A stretch of DNA of 64,000 nt from positions 1,410-65,409 of the forward strand of contig CAVYZP010000040.1 of the NCBI GenBank assembly GCA_963772985.1, in the 5' to 3' direction. Shown one piece after another: positions 58,897-64,000 of this stretch. Position numbers and translations under genes: made by a program. The first letter of the stretch is position 1; the number at the start of each line of letters is the position of its first letter. This DNA comes from an uncultured Chloroflexia bacterium. Its GTDB lineage: Bacteria; Chloroflexota; Dehalococcoidia; Dehalococcoidales; Fen-1064. The notes beneath the pieces are model-generated. The model searched no databases. It saw only the letters and a list, made by a program, of their open reading frames with translations, and was not told the origin of the DNA.

Positions 58897-58931
58897 ATCA
58901 CTAATATAGTAATAATTATGGATAACGAACC

Positions 58932-59384
58932 ATGAAACTTTCAACTAGAGGCAGATACGGGATACGCGCAATGCTGGACCTCGCGCAGCATTATGACAAA
59001 GGTCTGGTTTTAGTCAAGGATGTCGCTGCACGCCAGCAGATTTCCGAAAGATATCTGGAGCATCTTTTTCTTTCTTTGAAAACTGCCGGTCTGGTCCGGA
59101 GTATACGCGGCGCACGCGGTGGCTTTGTATTGAATAGTTCCCCTGACCGCATCAGATTAATTGAGATTGTCCGTGCCAGCGAAGGCACTTGGTCTCTGGT
59201 AGAATGTGTTTGCGATGCCGGTGTTTGTTCCCGTTCCACAAAGTGTGCCGCCCGCGATATTTGGGTTGAATTGCAGTCCGTGATGGATGAAATGCTGGGC
59301 TCGTTAACGCTGCAGGACTTATTAGAACGGCAGCAGGCTAAAGAAGCGAATCCGGAAATTGTTCGGCTTGTATCTATTGAATAA
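58932..59384 (+). CDS. Rrf2 family transcriptional regulator (IscR/CymR-like)
   Basis: 150 aa. MKLSTRGRYGIRAMLDLA..., wHTH, and a Cys cluster CVCDAGVCSRSTKC. Confidence 0.85.
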   Translation: MKLSTRGRYGIRAMLDLAQHYDKGLVLVKDVAARQQISERYLEHLFLSLKTAGLVRSIRGARGGFVLNSSPDRIRLIEIVRASEGTWSLVECVCDAGVCSRSTKCAARDIWVELQSVMDEMLGSLTLQDLLERQQAKEANPEIVRLVSIE

Positions 59385-59408
59385 TTACCGGAGTAAAGAA
59401 GGTAGAGT

Positions 59409-60053
59409 ATGTTTAAAACCTTACGCGAAGATATCAGGACGATTTTCAGCCGGGACCCGGCCGCCAGGAGCACCCTGGAAATCCTGTGTTGTTATCCCGG
59501 TTTGCACGCTCTTTGGGGTTACCGCGTCTCTCATTTTTTCTGGACTCATCATATGCGGTTTTTCGGGCGGCTCAATTCACAAATCACCCGCTTTTTCACC
59601 GGTATCGAAATCCATCCCGGCGCGAAAATCGGCAGGCGTTTATTCATTGACCACGGCATGGGTGTGGTTATCGGGGAAACGGCGGAAATTGGCGATGATG
59701 TCCTTATCTACCAGGGTGTTGTTTTGGGCGGTACCAGTCTGGAAAAACACAAACGCCATCCCACTATCGGTAACCGGGTGGTCATCGGGGCGGCGGCCAT
59801 TGTCCTCGGCCCGATTCTCATCGGCGATGATGCCCGTGTCGGCGCTAATTCGGTCGTGGTAAATCCTGTGCCTGCCGGAAAAACGGTAGTCGGCATCCCC
59901 GGTAAAATCGTCGAAGACCGCCGCGAAACAATCTTCAATCTCGAACACGGCACCTTACCGGACCCGATTACCGATGCCCTCCAGGCAATCATCAGTCATC
60001 AGGATAAAATCGAAGAACGTCTTAAAAAACTGGAGAGCAAACCGGATAAATAG
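59409..60053 (+). CDS. cysE: serine O-acetyltransferase
   Basis: 214 aa. …[34 protein letters not shown]… hexapeptide repeats. Confidence 0.85.
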   Translation: MFKTLREDIRTIFSRDPAARSTLEILCCYPGLHALWGYRVSHFFWTHHMRFFGRLNSQITRFFTGIEIHPGAKIGRRLFIDHGMGVVIGETAEIGDDVLIYQGVVLGGTSLEKHKRHPTIGNRVVIGAAAIVLGPILIGDDARVGANSVVVNPVPAGKTVVGIPGKIVEDRRETIFNLEHGTLPDPITDALQAIISHQDKIEERLKKLESKPDK

Positions 60054-60067
60054 TTCTCCGGTTTGTC

Positions 60068-60114
60068 ATTCCCGCGAAGGCTGAAGGTACTGAACAAAGT
60101 GAACGTACGGGAAT
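60068..60114. repeat. intergenic hairpin (attcccg ... cgggaat) of the REP-like set
   Basis: 7-bp stem 60068-60074 / 60108-60114 around a 33-nt loop. Confidence 0.35.
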
Positions 60115-60204
60115 CCAGAAAATTAATTGTTAGGGAACTATAATTGCCGTATCTCTAAATTAAGGTAAGGACAGGTATTCTTGCCCGTTAAGGACCAAAC
60201 ATAA

Positions 60205-60951
60205 TTGACTAAAACACCTGATTATCAGCCGCGTTATTACCGGGACTGGTCGAAAGACCGCGACCTCGTCTCTTTTCAGGTTGTCGTCAAGGAAACCGAC
60301 CTCTATATCCGCGCCCGCCGTTTCCTCAAGGATAAAGCGTTGGAAATTGTCCAGCGGCAGCGCGCTTTACTCGAAAACTATATCGCCCGCCATCCGGGAT
60401 TCGTGGCTGCGTTGGAACCTTTCCCTGTGGGCGATGATGCCCCCGCTATCGCCCGCACCATGGCAGACGCTGCTGCTAAGGTTAACGTCGGTCCGATGGC
60501 TGCTGTCGCCGGCGCTTTTGCCGAGTTTGTTGGCCGCGACTTGCTCAAATACTCCGCCGAGGTCATTGTCGAAAACGGCGGCGATATCTTCCTCAAATCC
60601 ACAAAATCCCGGCTGGTCGGTGTCTATGCCGGCGAGGATTCCCCTCTGACCGGCCGGATTGCCATTAAAATCGAACCTTCGGATACTCCCCTAGGTGTCT
60701 GTACTTCTTCCGGCACGGTGGGCCATTCGCTCAGTTTCGGCAAGTCCGATGCGGTCGTTATCCTTTCTCCTTCTGCGGCCTTGGCTGATGCTGCCGCCAC
60801 CGCTGTTGGTAATATCGTCAAAACAGAAGCTGATGTTCAATCGGCGCTCGATTTTGCCCGCGGTGTGGACGGCCTGCTTGGCGCGGCAGTCATCATCAAC
60901 GACAAAATGGGTATCTGGGGTAAAATCAACCTGATTCGCCGGGACCGCTGA
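60205..60951 (+). CDS. UPF0280 (ApbE-like superfamily) protein
   Basis: 248 aa, TTG start. …FQVVVKETDLYIRA…GPMAAVAGAFAEFVG…GTVGHSLSFGKSDAV… recalls UPF0280/COG2122. Assignment is from memory only. Confidence 0.5.
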   Translation: MTKTPDYQPRYYRDWSKDRDLVSFQVVVKETDLYIRARRFLKDKALEIVQRQRALLENYIARHPGFVAALEPFPVGDDAPAIARTMADAAAKVNVGPMAAVAGAFAEFVGRDLLKYSAEVIVENGGDIFLKSTKSRLVGVYAGEDSPLTGRIAIKIEPSDTPLGVCTSSGTVGHSLSFGKSDAVVILSPSAALADAAATAVGNIVKTEADVQSALDFARGVDGLLGAAVIINDKMGIWGKINLIRRDR

Positions 60952-61982
60952 TGAAAATCGCTGTTGCTCTGAGTGGTGGGGTGGATTCCTCGGTCACGGC
61001 TGCCCTTTTGCAAAAAGCAGGACATGAAGTTTTTGGGTTGACAATGCTGGTCGCGCCGTCAGACGAAGCGGCAGTTGCCGCCGTTGAAGTTGCCGCCGCC
61101 TTGGGCATCCCGCATCACACTGTTGATTTCCGGGACGTTTTTAGTAAAGAAGTGATTTCTCAATTTTGCCTGCAGTACAGTCTCGGCCGTACTCCGAACC
61201 CCTGTGTCAATTGCAACCGGATGATTAAGTTCGGTGCATTGCTCTCCAAAGCCGTCGATTTGGGCGCTGCTGCCATGGCCACCGGCCATTATGCCCGTGT
61301 CGAAAATAACTCCGGCTGTTTGGTTCTGAAAAAAGGTGTTGACCTCACCCGCGACCAGTCCTATTTCCTTTACAAATTGACTCAGCCGCAGCTTGCTGCC
61401 GCCGTCTTTCCCTTGGGCAATATGACTAAAAACAGTGTCCGGAAAATAGCAGCGGAAATAGGTTTACCGTCTGGGCGAAGTAAAGAAAGCCGTGAGATTT
61501 GCTTTATCCCCGATAATGATTATCCGCGCTTTCTCCGCGAACATATTTCCACAGTCCCGGCAGGCCGCATCGTGGATAAACAGGGCAAAGTGCTGGGCAA
61601 ACATAACGGCATTATCAATTACACTGTCGGGCAGAGAAAAGGCCTGGGCATTTCCTCCCCGACGCCCCTCTATGTTATCGGCATTGACGCGCAGACCAAT
61701 ACGGTGATCGTAGGCGAAAAAAAGGATGTTTATGCCAGCGAGTTCATTTCGATAGATTTGAATTGGCTCGCTTTTGAGAAACTAATCGCGCCGGTGACTC
61801 TGAAAGTTAAAATCCGCTACCTCCATGCCGAAGCCGAAGCATTAATCACTCCAGTTTATGACGATAAAGTGAGCGTTAAATTTACCGCCCCGCAAATGGC
61901 CGTCACCCCCGGACAGTCCGCTGTATTTTATGATGGTGACGTCGTCGTTGGTGGCGGGACGATTGAGCGTGTGCTAAACTGA
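60951..61982 (+). CDS. mnmA: tRNA 2-thiouridine(34) synthase
   Basis: 343 aa. PP-loop SGGVDSS, and NPCVNCN with catalytic Cys. Confidence 0.9.
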   Translation: MKIAVALSGGVDSSVTAALLQKAGHEVFGLTMLVAPSDEAAVAAVEVAAALGIPHHTVDFRDVFSKEVISQFCLQYSLGRTPNPCVNCNRMIKFGALLSKAVDLGAAAMATGHYARVENNSGCLVLKKGVDLTRDQSYFLYKLTQPQLAAAVFPLGNMTKNSVRKIAAEIGLPSGRSKESREICFIPDNDYPRFLREHISTVPAGRIVDKQGKVLGKHNGIINYTVGQRKGLGISSPTPLYVIGIDAQTNTVIVGEKKDVYASEFISIDLNWLAFEKLIAPVTLKVKIRYLHAEAEALITPVYDDKVSVKFTAPQMAVTPGQSAVFYDGDVVVGGGTIERVLN

Positions 61983-62001
61983 AAGTCAAGAGGAGCACCA
62001 T

Positions 62002-62463
62002 ATGAAGAATACAGGAAAAATAATCGCAGTCTGCCGCAGCGATAAAAAAGGCACCAGTAAAGACCTTGTCCCGTCCGGTCAATTTAAAGAAGGTTTCGGC
62101 ATGGTCACCGATGCCCATGCCGATTTTAACACACATCGTCAGGTCAGTCTCCTGGCTACAGAGAGCATTGATAAAATGCGTAAACTCGGGCTAAACCTCG
62201 GCCCCGGCGCTTTCGCCGAGAACCTCACCACCGAAGGTATTGACCTGGTCTCCATCCCGGTCGGCACAAAGATCAAAATCGGCAAAGAAGTGGTGCTGGA
62301 AATCTCCCAGATCGGCAAGGAATGCCATGTCGGCTGCGCCATTTTCCAGAAGGTCGGCAAATGCGTTATGCCCAAAGAAGGCGTCTTCGGTAAAGTCATC
62401 AAAGGCGGTACCATCACCCCCGGCGATAAAATCAGGGTCATTGAAACGTCTGATAGCGAATAA
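62002..62463 (+). CDS. MOSC domain protein
   Basis: 153 aa. …HADFNTHRQVSLL…GAFAENLTTEG… and a Cys-containing …GKECH.GC… segment. Confidence 0.7.
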   Translation: MKNTGKIIAVCRSDKKGTSKDLVPSGQFKEGFGMVTDAHADFNTHRQVSLLATESIDKMRKLGLNLGPGAFAENLTTEGIDLVSIPVGTKIKIGKEVVLEISQIGKECHVGCAIFQKVGKCVMPKEGVFGKVIKGGTITPGDKIRVIETSDSE

Positions 62464-62561
62464 CGCAGCGATCTGTAGGGTCGGGTTTCCTCAGGTAATT
62501 AGTGTTCACATTCGTATTAAGCAAAGCTTGAGTCCGAAGGTACTCACCCGAAGGATGATGA

Positions 62562-62627
62562 TAGAGGGGCGCAGCCCCTCTAACTATTCTCTTCACCGCG
62601 GGAAGAGATAGAGATGGGGCACGGTGC
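62562..62627. repeat. three consecutive short hairpins after the MOSC gene
   Basis: tagaggggc-gca-gcccctcta (62562-62582), tctcttc-accgcgg-gaagaga (62588-62608), and ggcac-g-gtgcc (62617-62627). Confidence 0.5.
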
Positions 62628-62715
62628 CGTTATTAACACTGCTAAAACATTGAAATATCTTGGAAATAAAGAAAAAAGGAAATCGATGTTAACCTTAATC
62701 GGAGTCTAATCTCTT

Positions 62716-63624
62716 ATGGTCAATAATAATTCTGAAATCATCGATGAAATAACCCGGCTGAAAAAACAGCGGAACGCCGTTATCCTCGTCCACAATTATC
62801 AGCGGCCCGAAGTCCAGGATATCGCCGATTTCACCGGCGATTCACTGGAATTAAGCCAGCAGGCTGCCAAAACCGCCGCTGATGTGATTGTTTTTTGCGG
62901 TGTGCATTTTATGGCCGAGACGGCTTACATTATCAATCCTGAAAGGACTGTCCTTTTACCTGACAAGGAATCCGGCTGCCCGATGGCCGACATGATTACT
63001 GCGCCGGCCCTCATCGACCTGAAAAAACAGTATCCCGGCGCTATGGTTGTCTGCTACGTTAATTCCAGCGCTGCCGTCAAGGCTGAATCGGATATCTGCT
63101 GTACTTCCGGCAATGCTGTCAAAGTCGTACAGAGCCTCGGGAAGCGGAAATTATCTTTGTGCCCGACCAGTACCTGGGCCAGTGGGTCGCCGCAAAAACC
63201 GGGCATAAAATGCACTTTGCCGGGTTCCGCCCCACCCACATGAAAATCCTGCCCGAAGACATCCTGGCCCTCAAACAGCGGCATCCCGGGTATATCGCCA
63301 CGGTCCATCCTGAATGCCGCCCCGATGCCAAAGCCGCCGCCGATGAAGTCCTCAGTACCGGTGGCATGGTTCGTTTCGTGCGGGAAAGTCAAGCCCCCGG
63401 ATTCATTATCGGCACCGAAACCGGTATCCTGCACCGCCTCAAACAGGAAATCCGGGTAAGTCTTTTATTCCGGTCAACGACAAAGCGGTCTGCCCAAATA
63501 TGAAGCGCATCACCCTCGAAAAAGCGCTGTGGCTTTGCAGGATATGAACGACAAAATCATTGTCCCGGAATATATCCGCCTCCGCGCCCTTTCCTCCGTA
63601 CAGCGCATGCTTTCCATCACCTGA
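62716..63624 (+). pseudogene. nadA: quinolinate synthase carrying three -1 frameshifts and a Cys-to-Arg change at an Fe-S ligand position
   Basis: Frame 1 reads ...[26 protein letters not shown]...SGCPMADM...[15 protein letters not shown]. The frame switches at about 63142 ([15 protein letters not shown]...), about 63452 (PGKSFIPVNDKAVCPNMKRITLEK) and about 63531 (ALQDMNDKIIVPE...QRMLSIT, stop 63622-63624). The G-x-C-P-x-H position reads GFRPTH. Confidence 0.8.
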
Positions 63625-63650
63625 CAATACCCCTCACAAAAAGATAAACA

Positions 63651-63681
63651 TCTCTCCCTATCAGGGAGAGATTGAGAGAGA
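63651..63681. repeat. 31-nt hairpin element, copy 2 (TCTCTCCCTATCAGGGAGAGATTGAGAGAGA)
   Basis: Matches 53310-53340 at 29 of 31 positions, in the same orientation. Confidence 0.7.
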
Positions 63682-63721
63682 GTGGGAGTGTCACTCCGTT
63701 GTAAAAGAAAAGGGAATTCAA

Positions 63722-64000
63722 ATGGAATACGCTCACATTGTAGTCTTCATCACCATCGACACTCCGGCCAACGCCCAACAATGGCGGACAAAATCCTGAC
63801 CGCCAGCAAAGCCGCCTGCGTCAACATCATTCCCACAGTCTCCTCGCAGTACTGGTGGCAGGGTAAAATCGAAAAGTCCGCTGAGGTCATGCTCGTCGTT
63901 AAAACCCGCGCCGCTCCCTCGACGAACTCATCACACTCGTCAAACAAAATCACCCATACACCGTCCCCGAAATCATCGCACTCCCAATCATCGGCGGTAA
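63722..64000 (+). pseudogene. cutA: divalent-cation tolerance protein CutA; two -1 frameshifts; 3' end beyond window
   Basis: MEYAHIVVFITIDTPANAQ (frame 2). This switches at about 63780 to MADKILTASKAACVNIIPTVSSQYWWQGKIEKSAEVMLVVKTRAA (frame 1). It switches again at about 63917 to LDELITLVKQNHPYTVPEIIALPIIGG (frame 0). Confidence 0.7.

Noticed and set aside
34255-63920. Frameshift sites as programmed ribosomal frameshifting
   Set aside because: The sites go in both directions (+1 and -1). They lack slippery heptamers with downstream structures, and they occur in unrelated housekeeping enzymes where no programmed shifting is known. Mutation or sequencing error is far more parsimonious.

Overview
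Bacterial chromosomal window. Gene order and protein families look Chloroflexota/Dehalococcoidia-like, but that is a low-confidence inference. The core (12.9-33.2 kb, + strand) is an uninterrupted str-S10-spc-alpha ribosomal supercluster running rpsL-rpsG-fusA-rpsJ...rplQ-truA-rplM-rpsI. It includes secY-adk-map-infA-rpmJ and rpoA. fusA overlaps rpsJ, so there is no tuf. Left flank: two-component and c-di-GMP-type signalling genes (REC-HD-GYP, a PAS/GAF histidine kinase cut by one in-frame TAG, an HD protein, a membrane HD-GYP), argC, a DUF11-repeat lipoprotein and a GH78 rhamnosidase. Right flank: trmO, a convergent CorA-like/MgtA Mg2+ transport pair, folK and queD-like genes, and an MFS transporter with an unrecognised nine-fold C-terminal repeat. 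It continues with a nitrogen operon amtB-glnK-glnA-nadE-nrpR (archaeal-type NrpR) preceded by an atypical OmpR-family regulator, then xth, folP, rhomboid, an Rrf2-cysE-UPF0280-mnmA-MOSC cluster, nadA and cutA. Three things stand out. (1) Seven genes, all outside the ribosomal cluster, are disrupted by 1 nonsense codon and 9 single-base frameshifts; nadA also has a Cys-to-Arg change at an Fe-S ligand position. (2) There is a family of intergenic hairpin repeats, including a 31-nt element present twice. (3) A roughly 255-nt unit bounded by a promoter and a terminator has no convincing CDS. No rRNA, tRNA, CRISPR array or transposase was seen.
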